This document shows positions 27,501 through 35,877 of a DNA stretch of 44,628 bases, piece after piece. The DNA comes from an uncultured bacterium (GTDB taxonomy: Bacteria > UBA8481). The translations under genes and the position numbers were made by a program. Position 1 is the first letter of the stretch; each line of letters starts with the position of its first letter. The DNA is taken from NCBI GenBank assembly GCA_964499705.1, contig CAZCME010000014.1:62001-106628 (forward strand), in the 5' to 3' direction. Under the pieces are notes generated by a model. That model made no database searches and had not been told where the DNA came from. It saw only the letters and a program-made list of their open reading frames with translations.

Positions 27501-30500
27501 TCAGGCCGGACTGCTGGAACACAGGCTCCAGATCGACACCTCCGGTTCCTTCACCGCGTTGCTGGTCGATTCTTCGACCGGAGCCGCGACAAGCGCGAGC
27601 CGGACTCTCGCGGCGAACGATACCTGGTACTGGCGCGTGTACGCGATCGATGACGTCGGCAACACGGTCGCCTCGACTCCCGCGCGAATCGTGCTCATCG
27701 ACACGATTCCGCCGACGGCGCCTGTCATCACTTATCCCAAGGGCGATTCTTCGACCTCGCCCATAGCTCTTCTCTGGAACGCATCCGTGGATACGCATTC
27801 CGGGCTCCGCCGCTACCGCGTCCAGGTCGACACGTCCGGTTCCTTCACGACGAACATCCTGGACGCCTATCAGGCGACAGACGACTCGACGGTCAACCTG
27901 GGCACAGACACATATTTCTGGCGCCTCATAGCGGAAGACGACGCCGGTTGCACGGCCGTTTCCTCCACGGAAACTTTCGTCGTCCGGGGCGCGGCGGACA
28001 CGACTCCGCCTTCATCGTTCTCGCTCACGCTTCCGCTGAACAACCACGAAACGACATCCACGCGTCTCCTGTTCCGCTGGTCCAACGCCCTCGATTCGAC
28101 GCCGCCCGTCACATACCGGCTCATCATCGATACAGATCTCGCGGGAACATTCATCGCCGACACCACGGTGAGCGACACGGTAGTGACCGTCATGCTCCCC
28201 GCGAACGACACGTATCTCTGGCGCGTGATCGCCACGGATCTTGCCGGAAACACCACGGCGATCGGCAATTTCAGCCTGCTGGTCGATACGGCTCCGCCCG
28301 CGGCGCCGACGATCGCGGCTCCCCGCAACGGCGACACGAAGATCTCGCCCGTGTCGTTCCAATGGAATGCCTCGAGCGATTCGCTCGCGGGTTTCCGCCG
28401 GTTCCGGATCCAGGTCAGCCGCGACTCCGCCTTCACCGCGACCATCACCGTCGATTCCTTTCAGCCCTCGGACGATACAACGCTCTCTCTCGCGACGGAC
28501 ACGTACTTCTGGAGGCTCATCACGGAAGACGATCTCGGCAACTCGATCGCGATCTCCCCGGAATCCTTCGTCGTCGTGACGTCGCCCGACACGTCTCCGC
28601 CTGCCGCCTTCTCGCTCTCCGCTCCGGCCAACGCCACCGAGACGAACGCGCTCATCATCCGGTTCTCCTGGACCGCATCGAGCGATTCCTCCTCGCCGAT
28701 ATCCTACCGCCTCATCGTCGACACGGACTTCAGCGGTTTCTTCACCGTGGACACGACGATCGCCGCAACGAGCGCGACGGTGCTGCTGCCCGCCAACGAC
28801 AGTTACGCCTGGAAGGTCATCGCGATCGACAACGTCGGCAACACGACCACGGTGGGAAATTTCTCCCTCGTCGTCGATCTCCAGGCTCCCTCCGTGCCCG
28901 CGCTCGTCTCCCCCATCGGAGGCGCGACAATCACTTCGCTCGTCGCGCTGGATTGGTCCGTCTGCGTCGACTCACTCTCGGGTCTGGCCGGTTACCGCCT
29001 CGTCATCGACACCGACATTCTCTTCGCGGCGCCTCACGCGGTCGATTCGGTCGTGACCGCGCCGGACACGGTCGTGATTCTCTCCGCGGACACCTGGCTC
29101 TGGCAGATCATCGCCTTCGACGATCTCGGCAATTCCTCCATCGCCACCGATTCGTTCGTCATTCCCAGCGTCGACACCGCGCCGCCCGTCTTCCTCGGAG
29201 CCTCCGCCTCGCCTTCTTCCGTCTCCAACGCCGGCACGACCATCGTCACGTTCACGGTCCTGACGCGCGATTCGACGGTCGTCGCCCAGGTCGTCGCGAA
29301 TCTTCTCCCGATCGGCCGAGCCGATTCCACGCCGTTCGCCTTCGTCTCCGATTCGCTCTGGACACTGGCCGTCCTCTTCGACACCGCGGTTTCCGGAGAT
29401 ACCTACGATCTCGTCATCCGTTCGCTCGACGCGATGAACAACACCGGCACCACGACGATCCGTGTCATCGTGACGGATGCGTCGCCGACTCTGGCTACGA
29501 TCGTCGACTCTCCCCTGAAAGAAGTGAAGGTTGCGGGCAATGCCGTCTCGATCGTCGCGAGCATCGCGGATACGTATTCGAGCGTCCGGTTCGAGTATCG
29601 GCCGGAGGGAGGAGCCTGGACGCCGGTGGCGACGAGCGTCGGATCGAATCCGGATACGGTCGGGCCGTTCTGGAGCATCTACTGGAACACGACGGGATTG
29701 GCCGACGGCAATTATGATGTGCGGGCGGTGGCGACGGATCTTTCCGGCGGAATCGATACGACGCCGAGCGTCGTCCGCGTCGTCATCTCTCAGTCCGATT
29801 CCAGCGTGCATGAATACCGGGACACGGCGACGGCCCGGCACGTCCGGCGTCAACGTTTCTTCCCCGACTCGGCGGGTCAGCTCCTCATCGCCGACGGCGG
29901 GACCGCGCTGACGGTCCCGAGAGGCGCCGTGGCCGACAGCGTCTGGATCGCCGCGTCCGCTCTCGACACCGCCCCGGAAACCGCGCCCATCGGACCGAAT
30001 CTCGCCGCGGTCTCCGGCGGAACATTCCGCAGTTTCATCAGGGAGGACGGGCTCCGGACTTTCTCCTCTTCGCTCGATCTCGTCCTCCCCTACGCCGACA
30101 CCGACGCCAACAACGACAATGTCGGGCTCACGAGCCACGAGGAGAAGATGTTGGCAATCTACCATTGGGACGAAGCGCTGGGCGTCTGGATCAGGGAGCC
30201 GACGTCGGAAGTCGATCCCGTCTCGAATGTCGTCCGCGCCAGGGTCAGTCACTTCACGATCTTCGCCGTCCTCGTGGGCCAGGCGGCCGCGTCGAACCTG
30301 GGCGGCATCATCATCTATCCGAATCCGTTCGTTCCCCTCGATGCCCGCGATGCCAACGGCAAACCCTTCAACGCCGCCGATCCGACGTCGGGCATCATCT
30401 TCGACAGCCTGACCGTGACCGCGTCCATCGATATCTACAATACCGCCGGTCGCCGCGTCTCCACGTTCTCCAAGTCCTCCGGCGATGCCCGCTACCAGTG

Positions 30501-30609
30501 GGATGTTAAAAACGATGACGGTCGCGAGCTCGCCTCGGGGATCTACATCGCCGTCATCAAATCCGGCAACGGCGAAATCGTGACGAGGAAGATCATGGTG
30601 GTGCGGTGA
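24556..30609 (+). CDS. Large secreted multidomain glycoside hydrolase: GH157-like TIM barrel, CBM11-like module, 8 FN3/Ig repeats, further Ig domains and a FlgD-Ig/T9SS-like C-terminus
   Basis: Signal peptide; FWNFGNEENY, HPIASANGD, GANVYRGNTF, SEHGCDAYN, EDQAMQ, DEWWK and NEEWFGI. CBM-like FSFWARS...WQRIFVP...IYIDDI. C-terminal IYPNPF...IYNTAGRRV...WDVKNDDGRELASGIY. Confidence 0.85.
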   Translation: MLESRRFLLLLVLSGLGFSFLIPPAHSGATQVTVSGRKLLVDGVPWTARGSAYASTPVGQGGGYKWWKNTTQTYKQDFPYLKAMNANSFRTYDPVERDAIVDSAAAHGLYIIMGLYPPGGSDWSNASTQDLLRKQFKNMIRQHKDNPAILFWNFGNEENYDGFSLSAWYSLLNAAAGDGHAEDTFHPIASANGDINDLGSAGNLSNDASMTNLDIWGANVYRGNTFGSLFASYPALSAKPLWFSEHGCDAYNAVSVSEDQAMQNTALRNQIHQIRKNQSDDSSGVMIGASQFEFLDEWWKYSGGTNAAHNTENSSVNANYSDPAFNEEWFGIVAIDAGGLNRVPRTAYYTMRDSFALWNAATKLKVLARGNAAAGETVIVSVWALDDSNRVSRGHNGAVTVSFTELGTKSANSLRKGGTALTFESGVASTWIVDTELEQVKIDATAGGLTAAPSQTISFGDLLLYGNRYGEGHQPPWAVAVGGGDALSHDHRASDIAMAEGDMGLKLTYTKAGGGAFAVEYMEDATYPMNAAPFDTFSFWARSSIAGLSFTVRCIESTYGAGDIAEKVVTVTSANSWQRIFVPKSSFTINAGAGGNGIMNWHNLVQSFGLVTPSASATIYIDDIRWTADSGSLSSAIETPVIMTVTAASDTAARFRAPARIDTAAAGDTVWFASETQVVSLTVTFASQAADSLRVSAVFDSAFQQDNSSPFTAQFFIKARHTTDTFVTITVSDTLGQFDTMLLRLRCDSVPPDTVAHVKPLAGAFDTSRPTFVWSKSADSGIGVRFYRLELSNGPLFSSILTTETTSHPDSDLTLASSLTESIYYWRILAEDSVGNVRTSGAAVDSFIIDSTSPSAARGIAPAQGFETRATTIAFIWSASADSLSGLAGYRLQISTSQSFSAPFVDSLTGNVTACTTAVQGKDTCFWRIVAIDNAGNRTNGPDSWFVLDTTPPVAPAPALPAAATETRQTSILFTWSSASDTQAGLLEHRLQIDTSGSFTALLVDSSTGAATSASRTLAANDTWYWRVYAIDDVGNTVASTPARIVLIDTIPPTAPVITYPKGDSSTSPIALLWNASVDTHSGLRRYRVQVDTSGSFTTNILDAYQATDDSTVNLGTDTYFWRLIAEDDAGCTAVSSTETFVVRGAADTTPPSSFSLTLPLNNHETTSTRLLFRWSNALDSTPPVTYRLIIDTDLAGTFIADTTVSDTVVTVMLPANDTYLWRVIATDLAGNTTAIGNFSLLVDTAPPAAPTIAAPRNGDTKISPVSFQWNASSDSLAGFRRFRIQVSRDSAFTATITVDSFQPSDDTTLSLATDTYFWRLITEDDLGNSIAISPESFVVVTSPDTSPPAAFSLSAPANATETNALIIRFSWTASSDSSSPISYRLIVDTDFSGFFTVDTTIAATSATVLLPANDSYAWKVIAIDNVGNTTTVGNFSLVVDLQAPSVPALVSPIGGATITSLVALDWSVCVDSLSGLAGYRLVIDTDILFAAPHAVDSVVTAPDTVVILSADTWLWQIIAFDDLGNSSIATDSFVIPSVDTAPPVFLGASASPSSVSNAGTTIVTFTVLTRDSTVVAQVVANLLPIGRADSTPFAFVSDSLWTLAVLFDTAVSGDTYDLVIRSLDAMNNTGTTTIRVIVTDASPTLATIVDSPLKEVKVAGNAVSIVASIADTYSSVRFEYRPEGGAWTPVATSVGSNPDTVGPFWSIYWNTTGLADGNYDVRAVATDLSGGIDTTPSVVRVVISQSDSSVHEYRDTATARHVRRQRFFPDSAGQLLIADGGTALTVPRGAVADSVWIAASALDTAPETAPIGPNLAAVSGGTFRSFIREDGLRTFSSSLDLVLPYADTDANNDNVGLTSHEEKMLAIYHWDEALGVWIREPTSEVDPVSNVVRARVSHFTIFAVLVGQAAASNLGGIIIYPNPFVPLDARDANGKPFNAADPTSGIIFDSLTVTASIDIYNTAGRRVSTFSKSSGDARYQWDVKNDDGRELASGIYIAVIKSGNGEIVTRKIMVVR
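26797..29172 (+). repeat. Eight tandem approximately 100-aa FN3/Ig-like coding repeats
   Basis: Each unit reads D(T/S)xPP...W..(S/A).D...YR(L/I/V)..DT...F...DTYxW(R/K)xxAxDxxGN. Confidence 0.85.
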
Positions 30610-30610
30610 G

Positions 30611-31693
30611 ATGACCGTGCGCGTCGGTGTCGTCGGCACGAGCTGGTGGGCGGACGGGATGCACCTGCCGTCCCTGGCCAGCCACGACGGCGCCGTCATC
30701 GCGGCCCTCTGCGGGCGGGATCGGAAACGCGCGGAGGAAATGGCGGCCAGGCATGGCGCGAAAAAAGTCTTCACCGACTGGAAGACCATGCTGGAAGCGA
30801 ACGTCCTCGACGCGGTCATCATCGCCGTTCCGGACGAGCTCCATCATCCCATCGCCATGGCCGCCCTGAAACGCGGCCTCCACGTTCTTTGCGAGAAGCC
30901 GCTCGGCCTGGATGCACGGCAGGCGCACGAGATGTATGCGCTGTCCCGTGAGAAGAAACGGATCACGATGACCTATTTCACATTCCGCTGGCTCGTCCAG
31001 TCGGAGGAAATGAAGAGGCTCGTCGACGAAGGTTTCGTCGGGAAGATTCAATACGCGCATTTCGCGTTCCTGGCCGGCGGGAGCCGCGGCGGCTGGAAGG
31101 AGAACTGGCGCTATGACCAGCGGAAGGCCAATGGTGCGCTCGGGGATTACGGCTCGCACATGATCGACATGGCGCGATGGTTGTGCGGGGAAATCTCCAC
31201 CGTGAGCGCCCACCTGGCCACGTTCACAAAACCTCCTCACGGTGCGGATGTATCGCAGGCGAACGAGGCCGCGATCCTTTCGGTCGCCTTCGAGAATGGT
31301 GCGCAGGGCACGATCCGCGCGTCGAACATGGAGCTTGTCCGCCACGACGGATTCGAGCTGCACGCCGAAGTCTGCGGCGACGCGGGACGGATGGACCTGC
31401 GGGTGGATATGAGCGGAGCGACGCTCCGGGGCGCCCGCAACGGCGATGCGGAGTCGCGCGAACTCATGATCCGCCCGGACATTCTCCGGGATGTCGACCT
31501 CCGGCTCGGCATCGTGGATCAGAAGCGGCAGATCTTCAGGCGCCGATCCTCCGGCGTGCGCGGTTTCATCGACGCCATCCTGGAAGGCAGACCGGCCGTC
31601 CCCGACTTCCGCGACGGGTGGCTCGCCCAGGTTGTGATGGATGCCGCCATCGATTCCGACACGACCGGACGCAGGATCGCGATCGGAAGTTGA
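30611..31693 (+). CDS. Gfo/Idh/MocA-family NAD(P)-dependent oxidoreductase
   Basis: VRVGVVGT Rossmann start, DAVIIAVPDELH, GLHVLCEKP, GALGDYGSHMID and PDFRDG. Starts 1 nt after the giant gene. Confidence 0.92.
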   Translation: MTVRVGVVGTSWWADGMHLPSLASHDGAVIAALCGRDRKRAEEMAARHGAKKVFTDWKTMLEANVLDAVIIAVPDELHHPIAMAALKRGLHVLCEKPLGLDARQAHEMYALSREKKRITMTYFTFRWLVQSEEMKRLVDEGFVGKIQYAHFAFLAGGSRGGWKENWRYDQRKANGALGDYGSHMIDMARWLCGEISTVSAHLATFTKPPHGADVSQANEAAILSVAFENGAQGTIRASNMELVRHDGFELHAEVCGDAGRMDLRVDMSGATLRGARNGDAESRELMIRPDILRDVDLRLGIVDQKRQIFRRRSSGVRGFIDAILEGRPAVPDFRDGWLAQVVMDAAIDSDTTGRRIAIGS

Positions 31694-31745
31694 TAAGTAT
31701 CCCCGAGCGTTCTCCTGTAGAAGCACGGCGGATCCGCCCGACGCC

Positions 31746-31837
31746 ATGTAAGATCTTACATTTCCCGCGTATGTCCCATGTAAGCGCTTACAATAATCAA
31801 CAATCGCCTTGCACGAGGGCGACAGCGATAATAATAT
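31746..31837 (+). promoter_or_regulatory. Two TGTAAG-NN-CTTACA palindromes upstream of a sigma70 promoter
   Basis: ATGTAAGATCTTACAT (31746-31761) and TGTAAGCGCTTACA (31779-31792) are both perfect palindromes; TTGCAC (31809-31814), 17 bp, TAATAT (31832-31837). Confidence 0.7.
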
Positions 31838-31916
31838 TAGCCGGATATTTTTCATGAGAACCCGCACTGACACTCGACAAGGGCCTGCTGATACGGATAA
31901 TCTCCCGTCCGTGATC

Positions 31917-33326
31917 ATGTCTCGATCCTTCCCCTTCCTGTCCCTGCTCCGGCGCAACCGGTTGCCGGCAATGCTGCTGGTCGCCGTCGTCTTTCTCGTG
32001 ACCGTATCCTGCGGCCGCAATCTTGATGAGCGATCCGAGGATGGCCGCATCGTTCTTCACTACTGGGAAAAGTGGACCGGCTTCGAGGGGGACGCGATGA
32101 AGGCGGTCGTGGACGACTACAACAAGTCCCAGGACAGGGTCTTCGTCAAGATGAGCACGGTCTCCGGTATCGACAGGAAGCTCCTCGTCGCCGTCGCGGG
32201 CGGCGATCCGCCGGATATCGCGGGGATCTGGAGCTGGGCGGTCAATATCTACTCCGACAAGGGCGCGATCATGCCGATCACGGAGCGGCTCGCGGCAGTC
32301 GGCATCAAGCGCGAGAATTACGTCCCCGTCTTCTGGGATCTCTGCTCGCATCGCGGCAAGACCTGGGCTCTGCCGTCCACGGTCGCGACGGTCGCTCTGC
32401 ACATCAACCGCCGCCTCCTCCGCGAAGCCGGCATCGATCCGAATTATCCGCCGAAGACGATCGCGGAACTGAACGCGATGAATGACACGTTGACGATCTA
32501 CGAGCTGTCCAACGGGGAACGGAAATCCTATAACCAGTTGGGCGGCAAGCCTCCCGCTGACGCGAAGATCATCCAGATGGGGTTTCTCCCCTTCGAGCCC
32601 GGCTGGTTCGACTGGGCATGGGGGCACTGGTTCCATGGACAACTCTGGAACGGCAAGGATAAGATCACCAGCGCCCATGTGGGCAACGTCGCGGCGATGA
32701 AGTGGTATCAGTACATCATGCGCCGATACGGGCCCGACCAGATCGAGCTCTTCTTCAACGGCTTCCGCGGAAACTTCGCCACGTCCACGAACGCTTTCTT
32801 CTGCGGCAAGATCGCCATGGTGATGCAGGGCGTCTGGATGTACAACTTCATCGACAAGTACTCGTCCGGCATGGACTGGGCGGCCGCGCCGATTCCATCC
32901 GTGGACGGCGAAGGGCCGGTCACCATCGTGGAATGCGACGTGCTCGCGATCCCCACGGGATGCCGCCATCCCGAGGAGGCTTTCGAATTCATCCGTTACG
33001 TCAACTCCCAGGCCGCCATGGAGAAACTGGCGATGGGGCAGCGGAAGTTCTCCCCCCTCGTGGATGTGACTCCTGAATTCTACGCGAAGCACCCCAACCA
33101 GTACATCAAGCTCTTCCGCCAGCTCGCGGAAAGCCCCTGGACCTGCTCCACGCCCGCCTCGGGAATCTGGAACGAGTACCAGCGCGAGCTCAATAACGTC
33201 ATCGACCAGGTGCGCCGGTTGAAGATCGAGCCGGAAGCCGGCCTCACCGATCTCCAGGCGCAGATGCAGGACAAGCTCGACCGGGAAATCGTCCGGTTGA
33301 AGCGGAGAGGCATGATCGAGCCATGA
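31917..33326 (+). CDS. Sugar ABC transporter substrate-binding lipoprotein
   Basis: Lipobox VTVSC; YWEKWTGFEG, AGGDPPDIA, WALP, GKIAMVMQGVW and EEAFEFIRY. Start uncertain (31854, 31917 or 31971). Confidence 0.9.
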   Translation: MSRSFPFLSLLRRNRLPAMLLVAVVFLVTVSCGRNLDERSEDGRIVLHYWEKWTGFEGDAMKAVVDDYNKSQDRVFVKMSTVSGIDRKLLVAVAGGDPPDIAGIWSWAVNIYSDKGAIMPITERLAAVGIKRENYVPVFWDLCSHRGKTWALPSTVATVALHINRRLLREAGIDPNYPPKTIAELNAMNDTLTIYELSNGERKSYNQLGGKPPADAKIIQMGFLPFEPGWFDWAWGHWFHGQLWNGKDKITSAHVGNVAAMKWYQYIMRRYGPDQIELFFNGFRGNFATSTNAFFCGKIAMVMQGVWMYNFIDKYSSGMDWAAAPIPSVDGEGPVTIVECDVLAIPTGCRHPEEAFEFIRYVNSQAAMEKLAMGQRKFSPLVDVTPEFYAKHPNQYIKLFRQLAESPWTCSTPASGIWNEYQRELNNVIDQVRRLKIEPEAGLTDLQAQMQDKLDREIVRLKRRGMIEP

Positions 33327-34219
33327 GCGGGATGACGGGAATGGAGAAGAGAAACATGATGAAGGGCCTTCTCTTCATCTCGCCCTACATCGTCGGCTTC
33401 TCCCTCTTCACGGCCTACCCCATCCTCATATCCGTCTATTACAGTTTCTGCGATTATTCCGTCCTGGAGCCGCCCGTCTGGATCGGGCTCGACAATTACA
33501 AGGTGCTCATGCAGGACGGCATCTTCTGGAAGTCGCTCTGGAACACCTTCATCTTCGCGGCCTTCTCCATCCCCATGGGCATCATCGCGGCCGTGATGCT
33601 GGCGCTTCTGCTGCACACGAAAATCAAGCTCACGTCCTTCTTCCGCACGGTCTTCTTCCTTCCGTCTCTCGTCCCGATCGTCGCGATGTCGATCATGTGG
33701 ATGCGCATCTTCAACCCGGAAGTCGGCATCCTGAACGGCATTATTCATTTCCTCACCGGGCTCGAAGGCCCCAACTGGCTGGGCGATGAGTCGTGGGCGA
33801 AGCCCGCCCTCATAATGATGACGCTGTGGGGCGTCGGCAATGCGATCGTGACGTACCTGGCCGGATTGCAGGAAATCCCGGAGAGCCTCATCGAGGCCGC
33901 GCAGCTCGACGGCGCCAACGCCTTCCAGCGAACCATCCACGTGACCCTTCCGATGCTCTCGCCCGTCATCTACTTCAATTTCATCATGGGCATCATCGGC
34001 AGTCTCCAGGTCTTCGCCCAGTCCTACATCATGACCGGCGGCGGCCCCGCTCGCTCCACGCTCTTCTACACCTATTACCTCTACCAGAAAGCCTTCGAGG
34101 ATTATCAGATGGGTTACGCCTCCGCCATGGCGTGGATCCTCTTCGCTGTCATCCTTGTCCTCACCGTCTGGGCGCAGCACATCTCCAAGAAATACGTGTA
34201 CTACCGGGGCGGAGCATGA
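33323..34219 (+). CDS. Sugar ABC transporter permease (MalF type)
   Basis: WIGLDNY, FWKSLWNT, YLAGLQEIPESLIEAAQLDGA and MGYASAMAW. Confidence 0.95.
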   Translation: MSGMTGMEKRNMMKGLLFISPYIVGFSLFTAYPILISVYYSFCDYSVLEPPVWIGLDNYKVLMQDGIFWKSLWNTFIFAAFSIPMGIIAAVMLALLLHTKIKLTSFFRTVFFLPSLVPIVAMSIMWMRIFNPEVGILNGIIHFLTGLEGPNWLGDESWAKPALIMMTLWGVGNAIVTYLAGLQEIPESLIEAAQLDGANAFQRTIHVTLPMLSPVIYFNFIMGIIGSLQVFAQSYIMTGGGPARSTLFYTYYLYQKAFEDYQMGYASAMAWILFAVILVLTVWAQHISKKYVYYRGGA

Positions 34220-35457
34220 TCAGCCGATCGAGTCCGCAGGCGAACAGGTTTCTCGTCTACTTTCTGCTCGTCCTCATCTCCATCGCCTTCCTTACGCCGA
34301 TGCTCTGGATGCTCGGGACGTCGTTGAAGCCCCTGGAGCAGACGACGTCGAAGCAGTTCTCCTTCCTGCCCCGCATCGCCTACGTCGACATCGACGGCCA
34401 GGTGCACAAGGTCCGGGTCGATGACGAGCCGATTCCGGCGGACGGGTCCATCGTGGAGATCCTCGACGGCCCGAAGAAGGGCGAGAAGATGTACCTGCCG
34501 AAGAGCGAGTTCGACGGAACATACGCGATGCTCGAAATGCAGGTCGCGGACCGGATCATGCGCGACACGTTTCCGGCGAAGGCCCTGAAGGAAGTTCATG
34601 CCGGATGGTATCGCGTCGTGGAGAAGGTCGACCAGTACAAGGAAGGCGCGCGCGCCTGGACGATCGTGCCGCAGGGCGATATCGAGCAGCGTGTGGAGTT
34701 CCAGTGGAGCAACTACGCGGAGGCGACGAAGTTCATTCCCTTCAAGAATTACGTCGCCAACACGCTCATCATGGCGATCCTGGGAATGATCGGCACGGTC
34801 CTTTCGAGTTCCGTCGTGGCCTATGGATTCTCCCGGATCGACTGGCGCGGGCGCGATCAGATCTTTCTCGTGGCGCTGGCGACGATGATGATACCGTTCC
34901 CCGTTACCATGATCCCGCTCTACGGGGTCTTCAAGCAACTGGGCATGATAGGAACTTTTCAACCGCTCTGGGTTCCCACGTTCCTGGGCACCGGCTTTGA
35001 AAGTTTCTACCGCGATTTCTTCAGCAAGATCGGATCGCTGCAGCCGCTCTGGCTCCCCTGCTGGTTCGGATCCGCGTTCAACATATTCCTCCTGCGGCAG
35101 TTCTTCATGACGATTCCCAAGGACATTTCCGAAGCGGCGCGCATCGACGGGTGCAACGAATTCCAGATCTTCGCGACGATCATCCTTCCGCTGGCCCGGC
35201 CCGCCATGGTGGTCGTCGCCCTCTTCCACTTCATCTGGGCGTGGAACGAGTTCCTGCTTCCGCTCATCTATCTCTCGAACGCCGATTTCTTCACGCTCTC
35301 GATCGGCCTGCAGGCCTATCAGAGCCGGGCGGGCGGCATCGAGTGGCACTTCCTGATGGCGGCCTGCGTCCTGACGATCCTCCCGATCATCGCGCTCTTC
35401 TTCGCCGCGCAGAAAACCTTCGTCCAGGGGATCGCGATGTCGGGGATGAAGGAGTAG
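34216..35457 (+). CDS. Sugar ABC transporter permease (MalG type) with inserted soluble domain
   Basis: ATGA overlap at 34216; FQWSNY, VAYGFSRI, IFLLRQFFMTIPKDISEAARIDG and WNEFL. Confidence 0.93.
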   Translation: MISRSSPQANRFLVYFLLVLISIAFLTPMLWMLGTSLKPLEQTTSKQFSFLPRIAYVDIDGQVHKVRVDDEPIPADGSIVEILDGPKKGEKMYLPKSEFDGTYAMLEMQVADRIMRDTFPAKALKEVHAGWYRVVEKVDQYKEGARAWTIVPQGDIEQRVEFQWSNYAEATKFIPFKNYVANTLIMAILGMIGTVLSSSVVAYGFSRIDWRGRDQIFLVALATMMIPFPVTMIPLYGVFKQLGMIGTFQPLWVPTFLGTGFESFYRDFFSKIGSLQPLWLPCWFGSAFNIFLLRQFFMTIPKDISEAARIDGCNEFQIFATIILPLARPAMVVVALFHFIWAWNEFLLPLIYLSNADFFTLSIGLQAYQSRAGGIEWHFLMAACVLTILPIIALFFAAQKTFVQGIAMSGMKE

Positions 35458-35463
35458 GACTCC

Positions 35464-35877
35464 TCAGGCCTTCTTGACGAGCCTCCGGAGAATCTCCGCG
35501 ATGCCGATCTTGTCGAGCTTTCCCTCCGCGACGGCGATGGTCATGTCGTAGAGAGCGAGAGTTCGAACAACCTTGATTCCATGTGCATCGAGAAATGCCA
35601 GCCCCGTCGCAAGTCCGGTTCTCTTGTTGCCATCGACAAAGGGATGATTTTTGACAATGTGAAAGACATAAGCGGCAGCCATCGCGAAGAGATCTTCATG
35701 CAGAAATTGGTTGCCAAACGTCGCCATCGGCTGAGCAAGCGCTGATTTCAGAAGTCCGAGATCTCGAATTCCGGAATCGCCGCCGAATTCTTGGACTTGC
35801 TCCTCGTGTGCTCGGAGTACCGCTTCCAGAGCGAAGAACTGCGGTTCATTCGGCAAGTCGCTTGAAAACCTCGGCAT
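35464..35877 (-). CDS. doc: Death-on-curing (Doc/Fic) toxin
   Basis: HPFVDGNKRTG Fic motif and GIRDLGLLKSALAQP. The true start may be slightly downstream (TTG about 35856). Confidence 0.93.
   Translation of the reverse strand: MPRFSSDLPNEPQFFALEAVLRAHEEQVQEFGGDSGIRDLGLLKSALAQPMATFGNQFLHEDLFAMAAAYVFHIVKNHPFVDGNKRTGLATGLAFLDAHGIKVVRTLALYDMTIAVAEGKLDKIGIAEILRRLVKKA

Noticed and set aside
26797-29172. Possible CRISPR array or DNA-level tandem repeat
   Set aside because: The repeats are diverged protein domains in an open frame. There are no identical short repeats with spacers and no cas genes.
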